Virus record (IMG/VR): IMGVR_UViG_3300032155_000026
Span: 12,916 to 76,915 of that record
Source: a virus
Taxonomy: Duplodnaviria; Heunggongvirae; Uroviricota; Caudoviricetes
Length of the DNA stretch: 64,000 bases
Direction: 5' to 3' (one strand)
Below the pieces are notes generated by a model, which saw only the letters and a program-made list of their open reading frames with translations, made no database searches and was not told the DNA's origin. Positions 1-8,095 of this stretch are shown here, piece by piece. The stretch's first letter is position 1. The number at the start of each line of letters is the position of its first letter. The position numbers and the translations under genes are program-made.

Positions 1-1
1 C

Positions 2-295
2 GAGGTCGCCGTCGCCGAGACGATCGTGTGCGCCTGGGGCATCCCGCTGTTGTACGAGCCGCATGTTGTCGAGGTAGGCACGCGCGTGTACATCCCAGAC
101 TTTTTCGTCCCGTGGCACTCGGTGTGGCTGGAGGTCAAGGGCGAGTGGCGTAGCGGCAGCAAGGCAAAGTTCGGGAGGGCGCTGGACATCTTAGGGCCTG
201 AACGTCTTATCATTGTGCCGCCCCTGTACCGTCGGGAATTCGACGGTGCGGCACAGGGCCTGTACAGGGGCAGTCTTCGGAGGCAGATCAGGTGA
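2..295 (+). CDS. hypothetical protein, 5'-partial; PD-(D/E)xK nuclease-like motif
   Basis: Frame-2 ORF open to window start. YIPDF...WLEVKG fits D-x(n)-E-x-K. Stop at 293-295. Confidence 0.35.
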   Translation, partial: EVAVAETIVCAWGIPLLYEPHVVEVGTRVYIPDFFVPWHSVWLEVKGEWRSGSKAKFGRALDILGPERLIIVPPLYRREFDGAAQGLYRGSLRRQIR

Positions 296-1194
296 GTACC
301 AGGCGGTTGCGCGTCAGTGTTCAGATTTCTGAGGAGGAGAGGTTGGCGCGGCTCTCCTCCGTGGATAGCATCGAAGATCCGACCAGGCTGGCGCATGCGC
401 TGCTGTCGTTGGGCGGTGGCGCGTCGCAAGAGATGGACGATTACCCGCCGTATGTGCGGGCGTCTTCCATCTATAATGTATGCCCCCGCGAGCGGGTGCT
501 GGGCATGCGGGCCGGAAAGGTCGTTCCGAAGCGGGCGGCTGGGGTTCAGCTACAGACAGTCTATGACATGGGGCACGCGTTCCACGAGTACATGCAAAAC
601 AACCCGGCCTACTTCGGAGGCAAGCTGTACGGCTGGTGGGTGTGCTCTGCGTGCCAGAGGACGGTCTTTGGCACCAGGCACTCTGGCGCTTGCCAGGTAT
701 GCGGTGCGAAACCTGGGTCCTATAGGTACAAAGAGCACGGCTTCCAGATCCGCGAGCCTTGGCGTTTGTCAGGCCATGTGGACGCCTATCTCGAGATCGC
801 GCGCGGCGATTTTAGGATCTGCGACCTGAAAACGATCAACGGGAAGGACTTCGAGAAGCTGACCGCCCCTCATATCGAGCACCTGTACCAGGTGCACGCC
901 TACCTGCTGGGGCACAGGCATCACACGCTTCCTGTCACGGTAAACCAGAACGCGGCGCTGCTGCTCTACGCGAGCAAGCGGATGACGACGAAGACGTTTC
1001 CGTTCAAGGCGTTCCACGTTCGGCTTGACCCCATCATCGCTGCGGCGGTCGAGGACATCCTGTCCGAATTTACCCGCGCCGTGGGTGACTTCGCCTACAA
1101 CCCGGCGCCGCGACAGGACTGCCTGGCGTCGAATTTCATGTGCTATCGAGCCACGTCGTGTCCTTGCGTGGCTGAATGTCGGGAGGCTATGTGA
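292..1194 (+). CDS. Cas4/RecB-family PD-(D/E)xK exonuclease with Cys cluster
   Basis: HVDAYLE...ICDLKT core, QVHAY (QxxxY) motif, N-terminal Cys (NVCPR) plus C-terminal CxxxxxCxCxxxC. Inserted CxxC...CxxC zinc ribbon. Confidence 0.55.
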   Translation: MSTRRLRVSVQISEEERLARLSSVDSIEDPTRLAHALLSLGGGASQEMDDYPPYVRASSIYNVCPRERVLGMRAGKVVPKRAAGVQLQTVYDMGHAFHEYMQNNPAYFGGKLYGWWVCSACQRTVFGTRHSGACQVCGAKPGSYRYKEHGFQIREPWRLSGHVDAYLEIARGDFRICDLKTINGKDFEKLTAPHIEHLYQVHAYLLGHRHHTLPVTVNQNAALLLYASKRMTTKTFPFKAFHVRLDPIIAAAVEDILSEFTRAVGDFAYNPAPRQDCLASNFMCYRATSCPCVAECREAM

Positions 1195-1616
1195 TATCAG
1201 CGCTGCTCTCGAACCGTTTTGTGCTCGGAGGCCTGGGGCTGCTGCTTGGCCTGGTGCTGGCCGGCGTGTTTTACGTCAAGGCGGAACGCGCTGAGGCGCG
1301 GCTGTCTGACGAGATTGCGCAGCACACGGCTACCAAATCGGAGCTGTCTGCCGCGACCACGCGTGAGAATCTCCTGCAGGCGTCCGCGAAGGCGGATAGG
1401 GCTGCGATTGCGGCGCTGCAGAAGCAGCTGGCGCGTTCGCACAAGCAGATTGCCGACTGCGCGAGCAGGGAGGCCGAGGTGTCCGACCTGATGTCCGCTG
1501 CGCGGACGCAGCCCGTCAATGGAGTGATCGACAATGAAACGAGTCGTCGGGTTCTGCAGTTTCTTAATGATCGTGTGTTTGGCGTCGTGCACGACGACGC
1601 GTCCGCGGGTAGCTGA
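1176..1616 (+). CDS. i-spanin (Rz-like): N-terminal TM then coiled coil
   Basis: Hydrophobic N-terminus ISALLSNRFVLGGLGLLLGLVLAGVFYV followed by a charged helical region. Embeds the next gene out of frame. Confidence 0.5.
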   Translation: MSGGYVISALLSNRFVLGGLGLLLGLVLAGVFYVKAERAEARLSDEIAQHTATKSELSAATTRENLLQASAKADRAAIAALQKQLARSHKQIADCASREAEVSDLMSAARTQPVNGVIDNETSRRVLQFLNDRVFGVVHDDASAGS

Positions 1617-1827
1617 CCCGGTACGCGTGACGCACGGCTACGTACTGTGCGCGAGACCTGCGCACCCGGCCTACGGCGCGTTCGCGCCGGCTGAGCCTGC
1701 GTGGTCCGCGCGCAACACGGAGACGCTCCTGCGCAACGCGACCAGGATGCGCGCCTACGTGGATGCCTTGGAGTCGACGGTCGAGTGTTACGAAGCCCAG
1801 GTGCAATCGATTGCACCGGAGGAGTAG
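1534..1827 (+). CDS. o-spanin (Rz1-like) lipoprotein, overlapping the i-spanin in another frame
   Basis: Signal peptide with lipobox LASC; starts inside the 3' end of 1176..1616. Confidence 0.55.
   Translation: MKRVVGFCSFLMIVCLASCTTTRPRVADPVRVTHGYVLCARPAHPAYGAFAPAEPAWSARNTETLLRNATRMRAYVDALESTVECYEAQVQSIAPEE
1800..1817. repeat. palindrome copy 1 GGTGCAATCGATTGCACC (perfect)
   Basis: Sits at the 3' end of the o-spanin gene, 13 nt before the RNR ATG. Confidence 0.9.
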
Positions 1828-1830
1828 GAA

Positions 1831-4689
1831 ATGCTGCAACACGCGTCAGGGTTTCAGTCCGTCTTTGAGGAGTTCGTCTACAAACGCACCTACGCGCGCT
1901 TCCTGGACAAGGAAGGTCGTCGCGAGGATTGGCCTGAGACTGTGGCGCGTTACCGGGATTTTTTCCTGCCGCGCGTACCTGCGGCCAAGCAGCACGAGTT
2001 CCGGAAGGTCTGCGCCGGCATCGAGAGCCTCGAAGTCATGCCCTCCATGCGGGCGCTGTGGACCGCCGGTCCCGCGCTGGAACGGGAGAACCTTGCGGGG
2101 TTCAACTGCGCCGGCGTCGCGATAGACCACCCCAAGGCTTTCGCCGAAACGCTGTACCTGCTCATGAACGGCTGCGGCGTCGGCTTCTCGGTAGAGCGCC
2201 AGTTCATCAACCACCTGCCGGAGGTCCCGCACTCCTTGCAGAAGTCTGACCGGGTGCTGCCGGTTCCAGACTCCAAAGAGGGCTGGGCCCGAGCGTTCGG
2301 GGATCTGATCAAGGCGCTCTACGCCGGGGAGATTCCTGAGTGGGATCTGTCGAAGGTGCGCCCGCGCGGTGCGAAGTTGAAGACTTTTGGAGGCCGCGCC
2401 TCTGGCCCAGGCCCGCTGGACGCGTTGTTCAGATTTACGGTAGCCACGTTCCGGGAGGCCGCCGGGCGGAAGCTGTACTCGGTCGAGTGCCATCGGATCT
2501 GCTGCAAGATCGCCGAAATCGTGGTCGTTGGCGGGGTGCGCAGGTCTGCCTGCTTGTCCCTGTCGAACCCGAGTGACGACCGCATGCGCAGCATCAAATC
2601 CGGGCAGTTCTGGGAGACCATGCCGGAACTTGCCATGGCCAACAACAGCGCGGCGTGGACCGAGAAGCCGTCAGCCGAGATATTCCTCGGGGAGTGGCTG
2701 GCGCTGATCAAATCGAAGTCTGGCGAGCGGGGTATCTTCAACAGGGCCAGTGCCCGCTACATCGCCGCCTTGAACGGACGCCGGGACCCGAACCACGAGT
2801 GGCTTTGCAACCCCTGCTGCTTCTCCGGAGACACGCGGCTGCTGACCGCCACCGGCTACGAAAGGTTTGACGCGCTGGCCGGAAAGAGTGTCACCATAGT
2901 CAATTCTGACGGGCGGCAGACGCCTGGCCGCGTGTGGAGTTCCGGGGAGCGCGCGGTGGTTAAAGTGACATTCGCCGGTAGCCCTGGTGTGCCTGGGCAG
3001 ACGGTCGTGTGCACGCCAGACCACCGCTTCATGCTTGCTGATGGGTCCGAATGTCAGGCGCTCGACTTGGCTGGTAAGCGTGTCATGCCCTACCTGGCGC
3101 GCAGGGGCGTCGCCTCGCGTGCGGACTTCCTTGCTGGGTTTATACTGGGGGACGGCGCGCTGCCCAGGCTCGCTAGCCCGAGCCATCGTGGGTTGGAGGT
3201 GTACCTCGGCGCAAAGGATGGTGACGTCGCTGATTATTTTGGCGTCAGGACTGGCCCCTGGTACTCGGTAGAGGCCGCGGAGGCTGCTGAGAAGTGGGGA
3301 CTCCTGGCGACACGGGCGCCCGGCAGGGAACTGCCGGATGCCGCGAACGAAGACTTCATGTCAGGGCTTTGGACGGCGAACGGCTGCGTTGTTCGGAAGC
3401 ACTGCCGTGCGGCGTTGAAGACGACGTCGCGTAGGTTGGCGGATGCCGTCCTTGCGTGGCTTAAAGATCGCGACGTCCACGCCTACGTGACCGTCAACAA
3501 GCCGAAGGTTGTCTCGTTTGCTAACGGGGACTTTCCTTGCAAGGAAAGCTATGGCGTGAACGTTGCCGGGGCCCGTAATCTGGCCAAGCTGTCGACGGTG
3601 GTGCGTTTTCTCCAGGAGTACAAGATGGCCGCGCTGGAGGAGACCGTACTGGAACACGCCCCGTTCGTCAGATCGGTCAAGCCTTGCGGGCTGCGCGAGG
3701 TCTTCGACTTTACCGAGCCGGAGACGCATTGGGGTGTTGTTGAGGGCTTGGTGGTGCACAACAGCGAGACTCTCCTGCGCCCGCAATCCCTCTGCAACCT
3801 CTCCGAGGCCGTCGTGCGTCCCGGCGACTCTCTGGAAGACCTCCAGAGAAAGGTCCGTTTCGCCACGATTCTCGGCGTGGTGCAGAGCACGCTGACGAAG
3901 TTCGGGTTCGTCAGGCGCGAGTGGCGGCGTAACTGCGAAGAAGAGCGTCTGTGCGGCGTTTCACTTACGGGCCTGCGCGACCACCCAGTCCTCTGCCGTG
4001 CAAGCGACAAAGCGCGCCTCTGGTTAACGGCCATGCGACAGACTGCCGTGGCGACCGCGGAGGAGTGGAGCAAGGCGCTCGAGATCAATATGCCAGCCGC
4101 GCTCACCCTCGTGAAGCCCAGCGGCACGGTCGGCACCATGCTGAACGCCGCGCCAGGGCTGCACACGAGGTACGCGCCGTGCTACCTGCGGCGTGTCCGG
4201 GTGTCGACGACTGACCCAGTGTACCGCTTCCTGCGCGATCGCGGTGTTCCGGTGCAGCCCGAGGTTGGGCAGGAGCTGGAGACGTGCACGACAGCTGTGT
4301 TCGAGTTTCCGGTCCGCTCGCCGGAACATGCGGTGTTCCGGGACGAGGTTTCGGCCATCGAGCAGCTGGAGTATTGGCTCATGCTCCAGAAGTGCTGGTG
4401 TGAAATGAAGCCGTCCGTCACCGTCTACGTGAAGGACCACGAATGGCTGTCCGTCGGCGCCTGGGTTTACGACCACTGGGATTGGGTGTCCGGGATTGCC
4501 TTCCTGCCGTGGGACGGTGGTGTGTACCCGCTGATGCCGTACGAGGAAATTTCGGAGGCCGAGTTCCAGGCCAGGCTTGACGAGATGCCCGACATCGACT
4601 TCCGCGACCTGTCCGCGTACGAGTGCGACGACCACACGACTGGCGCCAAGGAACTGGCCTGCGTTGGTGGGGCCTGCGATCTCGCCTAA
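1831..4689 (+). CDS. ribonucleotide reductase catalytic subunit (probably class II, B12-dependent), interrupted by an intein
   Basis: 952-aa ORF. NCAGV...GCGVGFSVE region and active-site N-P-C|intein|S-E. Extein ~637 aa. No NrdB-like gene adjacent. Confidence 0.8.
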   Translation: MLQHASGFQSVFEEFVYKRTYARFLDKEGRREDWPETVARYRDFFLPRVPAAKQHEFRKVCAGIESLEVMPSMRALWTAGPALERENLAGFNCAGVAIDHPKAFAETLYLLMNGCGVGFSVERQFINHLPEVPHSLQKSDRVLPVPDSKEGWARAFGDLIKALYAGEIPEWDLSKVRPRGAKLKTFGGRASGPGPLDALFRFTVATFREAAGRKLYSVECHRICCKIAEIVVVGGVRRSACLSLSNPSDDRMRSIKSGQFWETMPELAMANNSAAWTEKPSAEIFLGEWLALIKSKSGERGIFNRASARYIAALNGRRDPNHEWLCNPCCFSGDTRLLTATGYERFDALAGKSVTIVNSDGRQTPGRVWSSGERAVVKVTFAGSPGVPGQTVVCTPDHRFMLADGSECQALDLAGKRVMPYLARRGVASRADFLAGFILGDGALPRLASPSHRGLEVYLGAKDGDVADYFGVRTGPWYSVEAAEAAEKWGLLATRAPGRELPDAANEDFMSGLWTANGCVVRKHCRAALKTTSRRLADAVLAWLKDRDVHAYVTVNKPKVVSFANGDFPCKESYGVNVAGARNLAKLSTVVRFLQEYKMAALEETVLEHAPFVRSVKPCGLREVFDFTEPETHWGVVEGLVVHNSETLLRPQSLCNLSEAVVRPGDSLEDLQRKVRFATILGVVQSTLTKFGFVRREWRRNCEEERLCGVSLTGLRDHPVLCRASDKARLWLTAMRQTAVATAEEWSKALEINMPAALTLVKPSGTVGTMLNAAPGLHTRYAPCYLRRVRVSTTDPVYRFLRDRGVPVQPEVGQELETCTTAVFEFPVRSPEHAVFRDEVSAIEQLEYWLMLQKCWCEMKPSVTVYVKDHEWLSVGAWVYDHWDWVSGIAFLPWDGGVYPLMPYEEISEAEFQARLDEMPDIDFRDLSAYECDDHTTGAKELACVGGACDLA
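2818..3762 (+). other. intein (315 aa) with LAGLIDADG homing endonuclease
   Basis: Starts Cys (CFSGDTRLL) right after NPC, ends VVHN followed by Ser. LAGFILGDGAL and GLWTANGCV dodecapeptide motifs. Confidence 0.75.
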
Positions 4690-4705
4690 CTGCAATCGAT
4701 TGCAT
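4690..4705. repeat. palindrome copy 2, variant cTGCAATCGATTGCAt
   Basis: Between the RNR stop and the sigma factor start. Confidence 0.8.
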
Positions 4706-4715
4706 CGGAGGCAGT

Positions 4716-5483
4716 GTGCAGAGACAGCAGGCTTGCGCCGACTGCGCGGATGAGGGAGCGTTCGTCCGAAAGTACCAGCGACTCGCGCGGGACTACGCGT
4801 ATTTCGTGATGCGCACGCGCAAGCCGTTTTTGTTCGGCCTGGATATGGACGACCTGGTCGGCGCCGCGCTGCAAGGCGTCCTCGGCGCGTTCAGGGTGCG
4901 GCACCTGATCGGCGGTGCGCCGCTTGAAGCTGTGGTGCGCTTGCGCATCCGGTGGGCCATCCAAAACGAGATCCGCAAGATGGACCCGACCCCGCCGACC
5001 TGGCGTGCCGCGCAGCGCGCGCTAAGAGAGGCGAGCGCGCGACTGGAATCCAGCGAGGGCGAGGTGACTGACGAGGCCCTTGGTGAGGCGCTGGGGTTGA
5101 GCAGCCAGGCTTTGTGGCAGTTGCGCTCGTCGGCGGCTGCCGCCTCTCCCGCGGTCGTCTCCGAATACGTGAGCGGCGAGGACGACGGGACCCTGTCGAG
5201 GTACGACCTGTGTGAAGACGGGGTTGGTCCTTCGGCGGAAGACGTGGTCGCTGGGCATGCAGCGCGCCGCCTCCTCCTGGACGCGATAGACAGTCTCCCG
5301 GAACGCACACGCTGGATTTTGATGGCGCATTTTTACGAGGACAGGTCGCTACAGGAGATAGCCGAGGCCCTGGGAATTTCAAAACAGCGAGTCGCGCAGT
5401 TGAAGGACCGTGGCCTCATGACATTGCGGGAGCGTCTGGGCGAGGACGCCGACGCGACTGTGTTTGAGGGCCTGCAACGATAG
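4716..5483 (+). CDS. RNA polymerase sigma factor, sigma-70 family (phage-encoded)
   Basis: Region 2-like DLVGAALQGVLGAFRV...WAIQNEIRK. Region 4 HTH LQEIAEALGISKQRVAQLKDRGLMTLRE. GTG 4716 with GGAGG 5 nt upstream. Confidence 0.7.
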   Translation: MQRQQACADCADEGAFVRKYQRLARDYAYFVMRTRKPFLFGLDMDDLVGAALQGVLGAFRVRHLIGGAPLEAVVRLRIRWAIQNEIRKMDPTPPTWRAAQRALREASARLESSEGEVTDEALGEALGLSSQALWQLRSSAAAASPAVVSEYVSGEDDGTLSRYDLCEDGVGPSAEDVVAGHAARRLLLDAIDSLPERTRWILMAHFYEDRSLQEIAEALGISKQRVAQLKDRGLMTLRERLGEDADATVFEGLQR

Positions 5484-5491
5484 GAGTTCCA

Positions 5492-5842
5492 GTGGAACGT
5501 ATCAAGGCGATTTTTGACGAGTGTTTCGACCTCATGACCGCGAAGAATCACGACTACGCCGGCGAGCAGGCACGAGACTTGTTTGCCAACCTGCGCGAGT
5601 GTGAGCGATTCGGGGTTCCGCTGCACCTCGGCATCATGACCAGGATGTCTGACAAGTGGTGCCGCGCATGCAACCTGCTGCAGCAGGACGCCGCGGTCAA
5701 GACGGAGTCTTTGGAGGACACGGTTCGCGACATGATCAACTACGGCGCTTTCATGTTGCTGGCCTTGCGGGAGCTGAAAACACAGGAGGGCCCTGTGGAG
5801 ATTGTACATGGCGACCAGCAAACGGGTAGTGGCGATCGGTGA
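5492..5842 (+). CDS. hypothetical protein; possible all-alpha NTP pyrophosphohydrolase-like (MazG/HisE-type)
   Basis: ORF track. ...ESLEDTVRDMINYGAFMLLA C-terminal pattern resembles the all-alpha NTP-PPase metal-binding helix. Confidence 0.35.
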   Translation: MERIKAIFDECFDLMTAKNHDYAGEQARDLFANLRECERFGVPLHLGIMTRMSDKWCRACNLLQQDAAVKTESLEDTVRDMINYGAFMLLALRELKTQEGPVEIVHGDQQTGSGDR

Positions 5843-6584
5843 CCTCCATGCTGGGCACGCCGTGGGGCTAACGCCCCCGTGGCGCGTCCGCGGGTACTCC
5901 AAGGAGCTGCGCAGGCTCCACAAGGAGATGTGGTCGTTCTATGTGCAGGCGTTGCAGGCCGAGGGGCCGATCGACGTTCTGCTCGTGAACGGCGACTTGA
6001 TCGATGGGAAGGGCGGCCGCAGTGGCGGCGTAGAGATCCTGGTGCCGGACCTGACTGAGCAGTGCGACATAGCTGCCGAGTGTATCAGGGAGGCTCGCGC
6101 GAAGTCTGTGGTCGTGACGTACGGCACGCCGTATCACGTATCGGGGGCGGACGGTACAGATTACGAGGCGCTGGTGGCCAGGGAGGTCGGCGCGGCCATC
6201 GGCGGACATGAGTGGGTGGAAGTCAACGGCAGGATCTTTGACGTGAAGCACAAGGTGTCAGGCAGCCAGGTGCCCCACGGCCGGTTCACTGCGCTGGCTC
6301 GCGAGCAGGTGTGGAACCTGTTGTGGGCAGAGCGAGGACATCCGAAAGCGGAGGTGCTGCTGCGGTCTCACGTGCACTATCACGTGTTCTGTGGCACGCC
6401 CAGGTGGCTGGCGATGACGTTGCCGCCGCTCCAAGGGCTTGGTAGTATCTACGGGACCAGACAGTGTTCAGGCACTGTCGATTTCGGCCTGGTGGCGTTT
6501 GACGTTCCTGAGAAGGGAGGCATCGCATGGCGGTCACACGTAATCGAGCTCAAAGCGGCCACGCCAAAGCCGGTAAGGCTCTGA
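5802..6584 (+). CDS. calcineurin-like metallophosphoesterase
   Basis: GDLHAG, GDLIDGKG and GTPYH motifs. Start 5802 or 5808. Confidence 0.7.
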   Translation: MYMATSKRVVAIGDLHAGHAVGLTPPWRVRGYSKELRRLHKEMWSFYVQALQAEGPIDVLLVNGDLIDGKGGRSGGVEILVPDLTEQCDIAAECIREARAKSVVVTYGTPYHVSGADGTDYEALVAREVGAAIGGHEWVEVNGRIFDVKHKVSGSQVPHGRFTALAREQVWNLLWAERGHPKAEVLLRSHVHYHVFCGTPRWLAMTLPPLQGLGSIYGTRQCSGTVDFGLVAFDVPEKGGIAWRSHVIELKAATPKPVRL

Positions 6585-6814
6585 CGGTCGACGTCGCTCG
6601 TATTTTCGATGAGTTGCGCGCCCGCTCTGGCGGGGAGGGGCTGACGACGCGGGAGGTCGCCGAGATTCTTGGCAAGAGCCGCCTCGTCGTGCGCGAGCTT
6701 ATCAGGAAGGCCATTGAGGAGGGGCGCTGTCGCCCCTCTACCAAACAGGTGCGGTCCGCGCTCACTGGCGTGGTCTCTCCCGTGCCGAGTTTCGTCTTCC
6801 TGGAGAAGGAGTAG
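6527..6814 (+). CDS. small HTH-like DNA-binding protein
   Basis: GAAGGGAGG RBS 6 nt before ATG. TTREVAEILGKSRLVVRELIRKAIEEG helix-turn-helix-like. Confidence 0.4.
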   Translation: MAVTRNRAQSGHAKAGKALTVDVARIFDELRARSGGEGLTTREVAEILGKSRLVVRELIRKAIEEGRCRPSTKQVRSALTGVVSPVPSFVFLEKE

Positions 6815-6818
6815 CGGA

Positions 6819-7490
6819 GTGTCCCGCAAAAAATTCTACCAGCCGGTGCGGGAGCGTGGGTATTCGCCCGCGTTCCTCGGACGCTACTTCGAGCCGACAC
6901 GAGAGGAGCTGGCTGGCCTCCTGCTCGATGGCAGCGTCCGCCGCGCCGATGTGTTTTTCGCGCGGCTACATGAGCGGTTCAGATTTGTGGCCTTCGCGGC
7001 CCCGTATGTCAGGCAGAGGCGCCCGGTACGTTGCGATCAATTCGAGACCTGGACTGCGGAAGATGCGTGCGTAGTCGCGAACACCGCCTTGTGGACCAAC
7101 TTTGCGATCACGATGCCGATCCTCGGCAGCGGCCTGGAGGGGAAGAAGTGGCCGCGTGTTCGTTTAGACACGAAGAGGCTGTTCGCGTCCTCTGGCACAC
7201 AGCCCGAGCGGCTCACAGTGGTGTTCGACCCAGAGGTTTATTGGCACCCGTTGGTCAGGATAGAGGCTACGGGGCGCGAGGTTTGGTGTGACGCGTTCTA
7301 CGTCGACACGCTGTTCAACTATCTAAAGCCGCAGGTGTCCGTGGAGCCTGGATACGTCGTGGCCCGGTGCACGTCTTACGGGGCGCGCATGCGTATTGAC
7401 GGGATGCGTCTGCAGTCAGCGGCGCGCGACAAGCTGCTTGAGTTGATCGGGAATGTGGGGGAGGGGTGCGCATGCGATTTGTCGGCATAG
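6819..7490 (+). CDS. hypothetical protein
   Basis: GTG 6819 after GGAG RBS, in frame with track ORF 6669..7490. Protein-like composition downstream. Confidence 0.45.
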   Translation: MSRKKFYQPVRERGYSPAFLGRYFEPTREELAGLLLDGSVRRADVFFARLHERFRFVAFAAPYVRQRRPVRCDQFETWTAEDACVVANTALWTNFAITMPILGSGLEGKKWPRVRLDTKRLFASSGTQPERLTVVFDPEVYWHPLVRIEATGREVWCDAFYVDTLFNYLKPQVSVEPGYVVARCTSYGARMRIDGMRLQSAARDKLLELIGNVGEGCACDLSA

Positions 7491-8014
7491 ACCCAGGGCT
7501 GTCGTGCACTGGCGTGGCCATTCTGCACCCAGAGGGTGCCATGGAGTCGTTCGCAGTCCGAACGGACGCCGCGCAGTCCGATCTTGCGCGGCAGTTGTCC
7601 GTGGTGCAATCAATTGCACCGAGAGTGCGCACAGGAGATGTCCTGATCTTTGAGGATTTTGGTGTGACCGTTCGGTTTGCGAAATCGGCCAAGCTGGTCG
7701 AACGCATTGAGCTGTGCGGGATGCTCAAGATGGCGCTCGGCCTCAAGAGCGGCGCACCAGTGCTGGTGTGCAGCCCTGGCCACCTCAAGAAGTTTTTCAC
7801 TGGCAACGGCAGCGCGTCGAAGACTGGAGTGTTGGACGCGGCTTGTCGACTCGGTGGGCGCAGGTTTGAGACTGACGACGAGGCGGACGCGTTTGCGTTA
7901 GCCCACGTAGGCAGGCGACTGGTCTGCGGCCCAGTCGACTCGGACGTGCTTAGGGCCGTCGAGGCCTGGTCCGGCAACGGCGCGGCTCTGAAACGGCTGC
8001 GCTTTGTCGCGTAA
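7466..8014 (+). CDS. RuvC-like Holliday junction resolvase
   Basis: MRFVGIDPGLSCTG N-terminal catalytic motif and DDEADAFALAHVG C-terminal Asp motif. Confidence 0.7.
   Translation: MRMRFVGIDPGLSCTGVAILHPEGAMESFAVRTDAAQSDLARQLSVVQSIAPRVRTGDVLIFEDFGVTVRFAKSAKLVERIELCGMLKMALGLKSGAPVLVCSPGHLKKFFTGNGSASKTGVLDAACRLGGRRFETDDEADAFALAHVGRRLVCGPVDSDVLRAVEAWSGNGAALKRLRFVA
7603..7620. repeat. palindrome copy 3, variant GGTGCAATCAATTGCACC
   Basis: Inside the RuvC-like gene. Confidence 0.8.
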
Positions 8015-8020
8015 TTCGAT

Positions 8021-8049
8021 TTTGCGCCTGTGGGGCACGGTGGTAGATT
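8021..8049 (+). promoter_or_regulatory. sigma70-like promoter (TTTGCG-N17-TAGATT)
   Basis: Hexamers and spacing upstream of the AAA+ gene; GATTTTG motif just upstream. Confidence 0.35.
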
Positions 8050-8095
8050 CAATTTGTTGGAACTGGATCTACACCGCCACCGCAGGAGGATAAGC

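Noticed and set aside
6527-6584. 58-nt overlap between the metallophosphoesterase 3' end and the HTH gene as a possible annotation error
   Set aside because: The HTH ORF has a strong RBS (GAAGGGAGG) correctly spaced and no later in-frame start. Overlap accepted as genuine.
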